Shown in pieces: positions 38,329 to 50,666 of a stretch of 64,000 bases of DNA (positions are counted from its first letter, which is position 1; each line of letters begins with the position of its first letter). Origin of the DNA: Octopus vulgaris (taxonomy: Eukaryota); NCBI GenBank assembly GCA_951406725.2, contig OX597836.1:47368001-47432000 (forward strand), given 5' to 3'. The position numbers were made by a program, and so were the translations under genes. The notes below the pieces were generated by a model. That model was not told where the DNA came from and made no database searches. It saw only the letters and a list, made by a program, of their open reading frames with translations.

Positions 38329-39411
38329 ATTCATGGAGAAAAATCAGAGAGTGTAAACCTTTAAGAATTAAACCCATCACCTCACCACTTACAAAAAGTT
38401 ACACACTCCCAATGTTTTACTTTTAGCTTTTTGGAAAGCAAGGAAGTTTCTTCAGAAATAATGTCATTTACCTGTTGTTTCTAGCATGTCAGGTTTTCTG
38501 GTGGTGGTCTGTATTTTTTTACATCTGCTACTTCAGTAGAATTCTATGCATGCAGGAAACATTAAACAAAAGTGAAAGATTGGGAGATTTTAGCAGGTAG
38601 GTGATGGGTGGGTGAGGTTGGGAAAGGGAGAGTGACTGTATCTTTAAGAAAAATTTAACTATAAAAAGATATATATATTTCCCAGATTCATAATCTCTGT
38701 ATTTTTCTTTACATAGATGAAAAAAAAAAATTGAAAAATTTACAAATCAAGAAATTGTGGTAGGGGATGGGGAGAAATTAAAATTTTGAAAATGTAATTT
38801 CTAAACAAAATCATATCAACCCCCTTTTATACAATGAAACAATACATAATTTGTGATCCTTCTTAAGAACAGAAAGTACTTCTATGCAAACCCATGCAAA
38901 TTGTACCACCCCTTTTCACTATTAAACAAATAATAACTTCCATTGTGCCATTAACTATATATCAGCTGTGCCAGTTCTGCCCGTAAGAAAGGAGCAAATA
39001 ATACGATGTGGCTGTAGGTCATAACACCCTGGCAACACCGGGATGCATTACAAGTGTGTGTGTGTGTATATATATATATCTCATTTATAACTACATATTG
39101 ACCTATCAAACATGGCTAATATGAGCAAAATGAGACACCCATATCTGCATGGCCGAAACAGCTGTACGATGTAGTTTATATTTATATTTATTTATATTCT
39201 CTCATACATACTGTACTTATTGTATCATATTTCTCCTTCATGTACACTGTTTTGTTCTATATTATTTTGTTTGACCTTAATGTTCATATGTAGTGGTTTA
39301 ATAAATTATGTGATTGGGTAGTTGATAATTAATTTAGATGTATTTCTCCATTTTCTTATTTTGTATTATATATATATATATATATATACATACATATATA
39401 TATATATATAT

Positions 39412-39724
39412 ATTGATAGAAATGGTAAGACAACAAAAGAACGAAAGAGACCTCGATATTATGTAAATAGAGGAATTTATCTGTAAATATAATATGTGAC
39501 AATTATTTGGTAGCCATGATAAAACTCCGAGTTTCAGATGTCGGTACGGAAACCCACGTCGCCATCTCTTCAGTTATCCGGCCATCAAAAAATGCTATGA
39601 TTTTTTCATACCATTCTTTTGATGGCCGGATAACAGAAGAGATGGCAGCGTGGGTTTCCGTACCGACATCTGAAACTCGGAGTTTTATCATGGCTACCAA
39701 ATAATTGTCACATATTATATTTAC

Positions 39725-39729
<5 letters not shown>
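39412..39729. mobile_element. Fold-back element in (TA)n with hammerhead motif in both arms
   Basis: Arms ~39478-39600 / 39606-39729; minus-strand GAUAA CUGAAGA GAUG..CAUC U GAAA CUCGGAG UU UUAUC at 39518-39578. Confidence 0.75.
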
Positions 39730-39766
<37 letters not shown>

Positions 39767-40471
39767 GGGAGGCTTCTTTCAGTTTCTGTCTACCAAATTC
39801 ACTGACAAGGCTTTGGTTGGCTCAAGACTATAATAGCAGACATTAGCCCAAGGTGCCATGCAGTGAAATCGAACCAGAACCATGTGGTTGGGAAGCAAGC
39901 TTCTTACCACAGAGCCACAGAGTGTTTTTAATGCAGTGCACCCATCTCTGCTTTACAACTAATTTGATTTTGAGTGTGTGTGTGTGTTTTGGTTAATACA
40001 ATTTTTAAAAGGTCAATGGTGTACTGTTATACTTTATTCGGTGAGCTATGAATTGAAAACAGTTGTAAATTATGGCAATAAAATAGTGTCAAAAAAGACA
40101 ATTAAGGTGGTTTTTTAGAGTCAGATCATGGCTGCTATTTTTAGCATGGTGGTATCTCATAGATACCCTAATTTATAATTTTAATAATTATTACCTTTGA
40201 AGGTTATTTTTTCCATGCTGACCACTTGATAAAATCGTTATTTTATTTTAAATTAACGATCTTATCCTTATTTATATAAATTTACAGTTTTTTCTGTAGA
40301 TTTTTACTTGATGGCACATGTGGATTGGCAGGGGAAGATGATGAACCTCATTCGAATATTTTTGAATTCGGTGGTACTGGATGTTGAAGATAGTCTGTCT
40401 AATTCTGTTGGCAGGAAAGGTACATTCGATTCTTCCAGTGACTCCGGATTTGATATATTATATTGTGAAGT

Positions 40472-40552
40472 CCTATGCTGACGAGGAAAGTGTTTGGGTA
40501 AAGTAAATTCTATATTCTTTATACCGAACTAACTCTGAAACGCGTACATGGG
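40472..40552 (+). ncRNA. Type I hammerhead ribozyme with canonical core and palindromic minimal stem III
   Basis: CCUAUG CUGACGA G..(long stem II)..CU GAAA CGCG UA CAUGGG. Confidence 0.7.
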
Positions 40553-40816
40553 TAATCAAATATCAATTGATTTTTGTTATTCTTCATCTCTGCCTGCGTG
40601 GATTGTTTTCGAGTACCTTGTTTTTGTCCAGGAATCCCTAAGGTTCTCTGGCTGCTATTTCTAAACTCCAGTATGTGGTAAAGCAAATCTTTGCTGAGCC
40701 CTATTATAAAATATTACTTAAATTTACCGAGATACAGTCCCTTTTCATGCCGAATTCTACTTGATGAAATTATTGATTACTAGTTAATTAATTAATTTTA
40801 CCCTTTGTTATCATTG

Positions 40817-40849
<33 letters not shown>

Positions 40850-40853
<4 letters not shown>

Positions 40854-41060
40854 TGGTAAAAACGGTAAGACAACAAAAGAATGAAAGAGACCTCAATATT
40901 ATGTAAATAGAGGAATTTATCTGTAAAATAATATGTGACAATTATTCAATAGCCAAGATAAAACTCCGAGTTTCGGATGCCGAGGTGGAAATCCACAACC
41001 TCGGCATCAGAAACTCAGAGTTTTATCTTGGCTACCAATAATTGTCACATATTATTTTAC

Positions 41061-41065
<5 letters not shown>
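40850..41065. mobile_element. Fold-back element, same family as 39412-39729
   Basis: Shared leader GGTAAGACAACAAAAGAA; arms meet inside the ribozyme stem II; flanked by (TA)n. Confidence 0.75.
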
Positions 41066-41094
<29 letters not shown>

Positions 41095-41095
<1 letters not shown>

Positions 41096-41465
41096 CGGAG
41101 ATGTACTTGCATAGCAAGTGATTTGATCTGAGATCGTGTGCTGAAACGAAAACAATTGCAGCGTGGAAGGTGTTTGTAAGCCATTTAAGAAACACACAAA
41201 AGCCGTTCGATTCACTTCAACATTTAAATTTAATTTGTCAAAAAGCGACGAAAATATTTTGACAAATCAAACTTAAATGTTGAAGTGAATCGAACATCCA
41301 GGCGCAGAAGTGGCTGTGTGGTAAGTAGCTTGCTTACCAACCACATGGTTCCGGGTTCAGCCCCATTGCGTGGCATCTTGGGCAAGTGTCTTCTGCTATT
41401 GCCTCGGGCCGACCAATGCCTTGTGAGTGGATTTGGTAGACAGAAACTGAAAGAAGCCTGTCGTA

Positions 41466-41512
<47 letters not shown>

Positions 41513-41766
41513 CTGTGTTTGTCCCTCTAGCATTGCTTGACAACCGATGCTGGTGTGTTTACGTCCCCGTCACTTAGCGGTTCGGCAAAAGAGACCGATA
41601 GAATAAGTACTGGGCTTACAAAGAATAAGTCCCGGGGTCGATTTGCTCGACTAAAGGCGGTGCTCTAGCATGGCCGCAGTCAAATGACTGAAACAAGTAA
41701 AAGAGTAAAAGAGAACAGCTTTTGTGTGTTTCTTAAATGGCTTACAAACACCTTCCACGCTGCAAT

Positions 41767-41772
<6 letters not shown>
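41095..41772. mobile_element. Fold-back element in (TA)n interrupted by SINE A (41300-41712)
   Basis: AAAACAATTGCAGCGTGGAAGG.. / ..CCTTCCACGCTGCAATTGTTTT; GAACA duplicated around the SINE. Confidence 0.7.
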
Positions 41773-41819
<47 letters not shown>

Positions 41820-42294
41820 GTACATATCAGATAGTTATCCATAAGTTAAAAAGAAAAAAAAACACAGTCTAAAAGAGAAACTGAGCAATTATTCTTTTAG
41901 ATTGTTGAGTAGTATATATCTGGTTATGGAATCTAGCTGGTCAAAAAGTTATAGGGTTTTGCGTCTGCTACCACACTTGGCAGTAAGGACTTTTCAGGCA
42001 TGCTGGAGTTGGCTGTGTGTAGGATTTTTGCTTCTTCTCCCAATCACCATTATTTTACCTTGGAAGTGAATATACATTTGTGGTTCGCTTCGTTTCGATA
42101 AAAGGTTGAACGAAATGAAAAAGGTGATAAAATGTTAAAATATTTTCCGAGATGTAAAGCAGAGTTACTTCCCATTACACCATTTCATTTGTGACCGAAG
42201 CGTTTTAACGTAGGAATCCGATAAACTTTTTTTTTAAATGCTTCCTGGTCACAGCTGAAATCGTACCATGGCTGGAAGCCCAAGTTCCTGAGTT

Positions 42295-42440
42295 CTTTTA
42301 CAGGGCTTAGAAAAACTGATGGACCACTGCAATAAGTGTGTGAGGCTGAGAGGGGAATATGTTGCATGAAAACATAGTTAATTGACCCCCCCCCCTGTAT
42401 TTTCTTATTCTCAAAGCCAGGAACTTTTCAGTGGCCCCTC
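42295..42440 (+). mobile_element. mariner remnant (transposase C-terminus + TIR)
   Basis: QGLEKLMDHCNKCVRLRGEYV; TIR AAAGCCAGGAACTTTTCAGTGGCCCCTC. Confidence 0.65.
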
Positions 42441-43379
42441 AAAAAGATCACAGTCTTTCTTTATGTAAACACCATACCCGAAACTTTCTCTATGCTGGAT
42501 CTGAGACTGCATCCTAGGGTGCATGGGTATATATTCTTAGGTCCACGTATATCTGTATGTATGTGTATAATGATGTGTATATTCTGGTCTCTGTTCTGTC
42601 TTTTGGAAAACGGAAAGACAACAGCGTAAAAACTAATTTTCTATCATTCTGCTTTTTTTAGTTCAGACAAGAGAATAGGTGGACCCTCTTCAGACATGAA
42701 TGAGCATGGGATTGCACCCACAAAGTCCAAGCAAAAAAAAAAAAAAAACATCTTTTCAAATTTCAGCTGAAAAAAAAAATTCTGTTGTGCGTGTTGGGGG
42801 TAACTGTGCGTCAGGTCCGCCGGAGAGGCGGGGTGAAATTTGAAAAGTTTAAAATTTGTGGCAAGGAAAGGTTAAGGTGAACATTTTAAATTTGCAAAAG
42901 GTGGTTTTTAAAAAAATTTCGAAACAAATTAAAAATTTTTAATTGGGGGCGGCGGAAGAGTGGAGCTGAAATTTGGGATCTTTTAGAAAAGATCCGAAAT
43001 TTGTAAAGGTGTTTTTTTGGGGGGGAGGGGTTCTATATTTGTAATCTCCAACGTAGGAAACCGAAAATGTTTTTTTTTTTAAATACTTTCTGGTCACAGC
43101 TGAAATCGTACCATGGGAGGTAACTCTTACTTCCCCGGCCTGAAAATATTTTTCTTTTTCAGCAGCACCAAATAAACCAAGATTTTATATTCACCTCTAA
43201 CGAAAAAAAGGGGCCATGGACTTCCGGTCAGCATATCTGAAGAATTGTCATTATTGCCAAATGCAACAATAGGCACGAAGCCAGTGGCAACAGTTTGGCC
43301 AGCTATCTGCCATAACCAAGAGTATACTACTCAACACCATGTGCGAGTATATGTGTGTGTGTATATATATATTTTTTTT

Positions 43380-43741
43380 CTTTTACTTGTTTCAGTAATT
43401 TGACTGCGGCCATGCTGGAGCACCGCCTTTAGTCGAGCAAATCGACCCCGGGACTTATTCTTTGTAAGCCCAGTACTTATTCTATCGGTCTCTTTTGCCG
43501 AACCACTAATGACGGGGACGTAAAACTCACCAGCATCAGTTGCCAAGCAATGCTAGGGGGACAAACACAGACACACAAACACACACACATATATATATAC
43601 ATATATACGACAGGCTTCTTTCAGTTTCCGTCTACCAAATCCACTCACAAGGCATAGCAGAAGACACTTGCCCAAGATGCCACGCAGTGGGATTGAACCC
43701 AGAACCATGTGGTTGGTTAGCAAGCTACTTACCACACAGCC
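43380..43741 (-). mobile_element. SINE family A
   Basis: Matches consensus with a small deletion. Confidence 0.8.
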
Positions 43742-43781
43742 ATATATATATATATATACACACACACACATATACATATAC

Positions 43782-44218
43782 AACTTATAAACAAGGGCAA
43801 AAGAAAAATTTTCTAATGCCAAATATGCTGAAATAGACTTAATCGTCAATAACCATATAATTTATCACTATAAGCACGTATTTCGAAGAAAACCGTCAGA
43901 AATTTCTAAAAAATTCCGTTATTAACATATCAGACCTGATTTCAGAGTTGGTTTGTAAGAACCTTCCCTTCGTCAGTGATAAATGCGGCAAAGGAATAAA
44001 TGAAATACTTACTCATACCCATAGAAGAAGCAAATACTAAGCCACGAGCACAATTAAATCGGGTCCGATATGGTAATAATGGAATTTTTTAGAAATTTCT
44101 GTCGGTTTTCTTAGAAATACGTGCTTATAGTGATAAATTATATGGTTATTGATGATTAAGTCTATTTCGGCATATTTGGCATTAGAACATTTTTCTTTTG
44201 CCCTTGTTTATAAGTTGT
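43782..44218. mobile_element. Fold-back element (~160-bp arms) with hammerhead motif at 43928-43981 (-)
   Basis: UAUCA CUGACGA AGGG..CUCU GAAA UCAG GUC UGAUA. Confidence 0.7.
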
Positions 44219-44311
44219 TTATAAATTTAACCGTTAAAGGTATTTTTTTAATATGCTGGCCATTGATAAAATTTTTTCGAAAAAAATTTTATCCTACATT
44301 AGATATATATA

Positions 44312-44478
44312 TACCGGAGTAAACACATAAATGTGAAACAAGGTGGAAAAAGAGTACTCAAATACCAGTGGTAGAGTAATATGGTTTATTTAAAGCAGCA
44401 GAAAATTCAACAAACCTGTTACTCTGAGTTTCTCAGAGTAACAGGTTTTGTTGAATTTTCTGCTGCTTTAAATAAAGC

Positions 44479-44482
<4 letters not shown>
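44312..44482. mobile_element. Short fold-back element in (TA)n, same family as 48641-48865
   Basis: Shared leader ACCGGAGTAAACACATAAAT; arms meet at ACTCTGAG TTT CTCAGAGT. Confidence 0.75.
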
Positions 44483-44522
<40 letters not shown>

Positions 44523-45143
44523 AAGGGATAGATTATCCAGGCAGCTACTGTGATAACTGTCAGGTATATTCTAGGTTACAACTAACCACATTGAGTAGTA
44601 ATAAACCTCAATAATCGCTTAGTATTAGGAATTGCCCTGTAAATCTTTTGATGCGTAACTCCAAGTTCGCTTCTCTGGGTTACGAATATTTTCAGGAGTG
44701 TAAATTCAAACAAATACAAAGAACACAGAGACGGCTACATCATCAGACTCTAACCATAATTTTAACCAACCAATTATACTGTAAGACGAACAGTAAAATT
44801 AAAAGAAAAAATTGCTGTTGTATCAGTCTCCATATTCTTTGTAATTGTTTGAAATATATTTGAGATATATATTTGTAGGATTCATTTGAAACAAGGTATT
44901 TTAATATTAAGGAGACCAAGCAGTGGGGTTGATATAGACACATCTGTGTATATATACCCATGCATATACAGACATGTTCATACACTTATACATGCGTGTA
45001 CATGAACACATCATTATACACATACATACAGATATACATGGACCTAAGAATATATATCCATGCACCCTGGGATGCAGTCTCAGATCCAGCATAGAGAAAG
45101 TTTCGGGTATGGTGTTTACATAAAGAAAGAATGTAATCTTTGT

Positions 45144-45499
45144 CAGGGGTCACTGAAAAGTTCCTGGCTTTGAGAATAAGAAAATACAAGAGGGTCAATT
45201 AATTATGATTTCATGCAACATATTCCCCTCTCAGATTCACATACTTATTACAATGGTCCTTCAGTTTTTCTAAGCCCTATAAAAGAACTCAGGAACTTGG
45301 GCTTCCAGCCATGGTACGATTTCAGCTGTGACCAGGAAGCATTTTTTTAAAAAAATTTTTTCGGATTCCTACGTTTTAGATGTCGGAGATTACAAATATC
45401 AAAAAAAAAAAAAAAACCCCAAAAAAACACCTTTTCAAATTTCAGCTCCACTCTTCTCCCACCCCCTCTTAAAGCCAGGAAGTTTTCAACAGCCCCTCA
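45144..45499 (-). mobile_element. mariner-derived non-autonomous element
   Basis: TIRs AGGGGTCACTGAAAAGTTCCTGGCTTT / AAAGCCAGGAAGTTTTCAACAGCCCCT. Confidence 0.6.
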
Positions 45500-45526
45500 C
45501 ATATGTGTGTGTGTATGTTTAATGTA

Positions 45527-45557
<31 letters not shown>

Positions 45558-45589
45558 GTATATATATATATATATATATATAAACATTT

Positions 45590-46380
45590 GAAGGCCATAG
45601 CAGGTGGGTAAATGCATTCCATATATTTCCCAGCTCAAAGAGGCAAGCCCCATCCTATGCTTGAGTCAAGGTGTAGAAAGCACCTCTTGATATCAGCAGC
45701 GGGGCTCAACAGCATATGCTGGTTTACCCCCGCTGCATCATGTATCCCTTTCAGCAACATCAAATTCACTCATCCATCCACAAACACTCTCCAAACGTAC
45801 CCATCATTTATAAACTCTCTTGCCTCTCTCACTCCAACACCTCTGACCACCAAAGCTTTCCTCCATCCGTCCATCCACCCACACAAACCGAGGTCTGCTT
45901 CTGGTTCTGCTGCCTACCACTTCTGCCTTCATCACCCTCCTTACTATCTGCTCCTCATCCATCCTCTCCATGTGGCCAAACCACCTCAATATTTGTCTAC
46001 CCGTTCTGGTACATAGATTTTCTCATTCCTGCTCGCCTTAGCACCTCCTCATTCTCACCCTGTCCATCTGTGTCATGCCAACCATAGCCCTCAAATATCT
46101 CATCTCAAACACATCTAGTCACCTCCTTTCTGCCCCTCTGACCCCACATCTCTGCACCATTGTCAACCCAATCACACCCTCAGACACACCTCCTTTCACT
46201 TTCATACTCAACCTTTTATCTCTCAGCAAACCTTTCACAACTCCAAGGATCTTACTCCCCTCCCTCACACCCTATATTCCACCTCCTCAGTCAACACCCC
46301 ATCCCCCATCACGTGCGCCTCCTCTAACATCTCACCACTTACACTCACATTCATCCTACCAGCCATTCCATCTCTCAAAC
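45590..46380 (-). pseudogene. Decayed RTE-type LINE 3' portion
   Basis: RWFGHMERMDEEQIVRRVMKAEVVGSRTRSRPRFVWVD. Confidence 0.75.
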
Positions 46381-46418
46381 ATATATGTATGTATGTATGT
46401 GTGTATGTGTGTACCTTG

Positions 46419-46612
46419 TTGATGAGAAGATTACATTTACCAAAGTGTTCCCTGAAATCACAACCGTTCTGAGAAAAAAAAAATCTCACAGAAAGTTGCA
46501 AAATAGCATGTTCATATTTTCATGCTATTTTGCAACTTTCTGTGAGATTTTTTTTTTCTCAGAACGGTTGTGATTTCAGGGAACACTTTGGTAAATGTAA
46601 TCTTCTCATCAA
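46419..46612. repeat. Near-perfect inverted repeat (~92-bp arms, 10-nt spacer)
   Basis: TTGATGAGAAGATTACATTTACC.. / ..GGTAAATGTAATCTTCTCATCAA. Confidence 0.85.
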
Positions 46613-46941
46613 TCAATGTATTTTTTTGGAAGATTCTTGATGTGAAATTGCGTGTTGAAACAGATATTGTTATACTTGGGGAAAGTTTATATTTTACCAG
46701 TTAAACATGCGCACTACATATTTGGCATCAGTTCAGTCTTATGAGTATTATTATTATTACAGTTTCTTTATCAAAGCTCTTTTGTCACTCATTCTGTAAC
46801 GTCTTCAATGACTCCCTACCCACATATCTCCTATTGATCTTCTTATCCCATTTGAAACAAGAGGAGACGTGTGGGGTAGAGAGTACTCAATAGGTCACAG
46901 GATGTGTAACAAAAGAACTTTGACAAAGGAACTAAGCTAAT

Positions 46942-47105
46942 AGGCGCAGGAGTGGCTGTGTGGTAAGTAGCTTGCTTACCAACAATATGGTTCCGGGTTC
47001 AGTCCCACTGTGTGGCATCTTGGGCAAGTGTCTTCTGCTATAGCCTTGGGTCGACCAATGCCTTGTGAGTGGATTTGGTAGACGGAAACTGAAAGAAGCC
47101 CGTCG

Positions 47106-47144
<39 letters not shown>

Positions 47145-47360
47145 ATACTTGTTTGTGTGTGTGTGTTTGTCCCCCTAGCATTGCTTGACAACCGATGCTG
47201 GTGTGTTTACGTCCCCGTCACTTAGCGGTTCGGCAAAAGAGACCGATAGAGTAAGTACTAGGCTTACAAAGAATAAGTCCCGGGGTCGAGTTGCTCGACT
47301 AAAGGCGGTGCTCCAGCATGGCCGCAGTCAAATGACTGAAACAAGTATAAGAGTAAGAGT
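46942..47360 (+). mobile_element. SINE family A
   Basis: Full-length copy. Confidence 0.85.
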
Positions 47361-47459
47361 AATAATAATAATAAAGCTGAAGTGAAGACCAAATACATGG
47401 TGCATGTGTTGAACTGCCAAAATGTGACCATCCCCAAGTAGAGCAATATACAAGTGCCA

Positions 47460-47501
<42 letters not shown>

Positions 47502-47779
47502 TGGAGTCTCCTGCCGAAGGCGACATAGGAGTGTTCGGTTTTTTGAGAAACGACCTGCACAGATGATTTGTTTATAGGGATCAAATGTATATGCCATGCA
47601 TTAGCTCATTCTTTCCATCAATTTCACAATGTCTGGACAGGTGCACAGGTGTACCATGCATCAGGTGTGATCACAGAGCAACATGAAATGAAGTGTTTTG
47701 GTCAAGAACACAACACACTACCCAGTCTAGGAATTGAAACCACAATCTCATGCAACACCCTAACCACGAAACCATGCAC

Positions 47780-47818
<39 letters not shown>

Positions 47819-47879
47819 TTCAAAATCAAATTAAATCAAATCAAAATAGATGAACATCTTGTGAAGACCTGTTGAGGCA

Positions 47880-48303
47880 AGTGAAAATCAAAATAGATGA
47901 ACATCAATGGAATTTGTATCTTTGTGGTACCAGTGCCGGTGGCATGCAAGAAAACCATCCGAACGTGGCCGTAGCCAGTACCGCATCGACTGGCCTCCGT
48001 GCTGTGGGCACGTAACAAACACCATCCAATCGTGGCCGTTCGCCAGCCTCATCTGGCACCTGTGTCGGTGGCACATAAAAACACCATCCGAGCGTGGCCG
48101 TCTGCCAGCCTCGTCTGGCACCTGTGTCGGTGGCACATAAAATCACCCACTACACTCTCGGAGTGGTTGGCGTTAGGAAGGGCATCCAGCTGTAGAAACA
48201 CTGCCAGATCTGACTGGCCTGGTGCAGCCTTCGGGCTCCCCAGACCCCAGTTGAACCGTCCAACCCATGCTAGCATGGAAAGCGGACGTTAAATGATGAT
48301 GAT
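47880..48303 (+). mobile_element. RTE-type 3' end / SINE with internal ~65-bp tandem units
   Basis: Repeated GGCAC(A/G)TAA..ACCATCC..CGTGGCCG; (GAT)n end. Confidence 0.7.
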
Positions 48304-48304
48304 A

Positions 48305-48615
48305 TCACTGTGATCACTCTGACCGACCAGGCTATCAGATGTTGCTACACATCGCTGGTCACAATGCGCTTCGCATTGCTTTAGCCTTCAAATGACGCCA
48401 CCCTACTGGCTAAACGAGCAGGCCAACAGAAGAAAGAGAGAGAGCAAGTTGTGGCGAAAGAGTACAGCAGGGATCGCCACCACCCCCTGCCGGAGCCGCG
48501 TGGAGCTTTAGGTGTTTTCGCTCAATAAACACTCACAACGCCCGGTCTGGGAATCGAAACCACGATCCTACAACCGCGAGTCCGCTGCCCTAACCACTGG
48601 GCCATTGCGCCTCCA
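48305..48615 (-). mobile_element. SINE family C (tail type 1)
   Basis: Matches 23793-24088. Confidence 0.8.
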
Positions 48616-48640
48616 CCCACACACACATATATATATATAT

Positions 48641-48863
48641 ACCGGAGTAAACACATAAATCTGAAACAAGGTGGAAAAAAAGAGTACTCAAATACCAGTG
48701 GTAGAGTAATATGCTTTATTTAAAGCAGCAGAAAATTCAACAAAACCTGTTACTCTGAGTTTCACGTTGCCGTTCGTCGGACACTAGCAAAAACTGTCCG
48801 ACGAACAGCAATGGGAAACTCAGAGTAACAGGTTTTGTTGAATTTTCTGCTGCTTTAAATAAA

Positions 48864-48865
<2 letters not shown>
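48641..48865. mobile_element. Fold-back element in (TA)n with hammerhead motif in both arms
   Basis: 48748-48783 (-): UGU CCGACGA ACG-GCAA-CGU GAAA CUCAGAG UA ACA; degenerate copy 48794-48831 (+). Confidence 0.75.
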
Positions 48866-48894
<29 letters not shown>

Positions 48895-49848
48895 AGTATC
48901 ATACATACATATAAAAGAAAAGAAGGCTTCAGTATTAATTTTTTTGTTTATTAAATGATTTTCTTTTTCTTTTTTTTTTCTTTTTCATATTGTTGGGCTT
49001 GGGGGAGTCAGCTGAAACGGAGAACATTCCTGACTTTTCCAGATCAGGCTGACCAAAAACAATCAAGTATAACTGAAAACAGTGGGGATGGCAGAGAGGA
49101 GGGAAAATAAATAACAAAACACCAGTTTCAAAAGGGGAGGTAACTACCTACCATTTGAAGCTCTCCTGGTTGCCTTGAAGTGGAGGGGAAAAGGGAAGGA
49201 TTTTTGTCCTTTTTTTTTTCCATTTTTATGGAAAATGATTCCAGAGACACAAAAAAAAAAAAGGTGAAACAAAACAGAGGAAAAACAAAAAAAAAGAAAC
49301 ATGAAGAGAACAAATATATATATATATTTTTTGTCTTTTTCAAGCATCAAGAAGTTAACAATATCCAAAAAAAATATGGACTGAATTAACCAAATACTAA
49401 GGAAGGAAGGAAGGAAAAAAGAGCTTCGGGGGGGGGGGGAAATGAAACAGGGTGGTTGAAGTGGGGGAGAAGGGGAAGGTGATTGTAGTGGTGGGGGTGG
49501 GGGGGAGGAAACAACAACAACAACAAAACAAAAAAAAAAAACAAATCAAGAAACAACAGGAAGCAAAGTCAGAGTGATGTGAGTAGCAGGCAGAGGCTTG
49601 CTGTGTCCTTTCTTTTGTTTGGTGGGGGGAGAGGCGATGGGGGGAGAGGGGGAGGGTGGAAGGAGGGATCATGGAGGAGGATGGAGGGTAGGGTGGAAAG
49701 ACGGGGTGAGGGGTGGGGGTTTTGGGCTTTATCACTTGTTAATCTCCATCAGAGAAAATTGCTGAAAGCTACAACAAGGCTTTTCTTGTCAGTTTGTTTT
49801 CACCTTGACAAATTACACCTTGCAGTGTATTGTCTAGGCATAGGTAGG

Positions 49849-49911
<63 letters not shown>

Positions 49912-50632
49912 ACCTGCTTAGATATGCTTATGTGTCGGCACATTTTCTTCCATCTGTATGCAATCAGAATGCGTGGGTATGTGTATGGATGTCATTTAAC
50001 TGTACCTGTGTATGTATATGTATGAATAAATATACTTAAACGTATGTGTGTGCAAGCATTTCACCATGTTTTGTGTGTGTGTGTCTTTCTATTTGATTTA
50101 TCTTTATGTATTTTTGATGTGTGTTTTTTCCGTTTAGGACTGGATTAAATAATTACACATATTTTTGTAAAAAAAAAGTATCTGGTGATTATTTCATTGT
50201 TTCATTGTATAGCTGTGTGTGTGTGTGTGTGTGCATCTATGTAAACTAAAGAACTGGAAAAGTCTCTCGTGTAGCAGTCAGCAAATAAGACTAAAAAAAC
50301 ATCAGTGTTCAGATGAAATATCCACCTGAAGGTATTGGATGCCAAGCACCAAATCTGTAGCAATCACCATGGAGACATAAATGAAGAGTACACACAATGT
50401 ACTCTTTGCAAATAGCAGTCTGTCTTCTTTTAAATAACATGTGAATTAAAATTTCAAGAGAAGTTTCTCTGTTTATAACTTTCAATTTTTCTTCTTCTTC
50501 CATTTTTTTCAAAAGGAAACGTTTGTTTTGTATATTGGTTGCAGATGTGTAAGAGTACAAAGGTATGAGCCAATAAATTAGTTGTATACATACATGTATT
50601 TGTATGTGAGCATGTGTATATATGTATGTGTA

Positions 50633-50666
<34 letters not shown>

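Noticed and set aside
39100-39175. GAAACAGCTGTA hammerhead-like 3' half
   Set aside because: No recognisable CUGANGA core upstream; at most a decayed copy
39503-39704. Mirror-image 65-aa ORFs on both strands
   Set aside because: Consequence of the palindrome
47930-48140. Repeat-spacer-like pattern suggesting a CRISPR array (also 62254-63033)
   Set aside because: Eukaryotic retroposon tandem units without unique spacers; no cas genes
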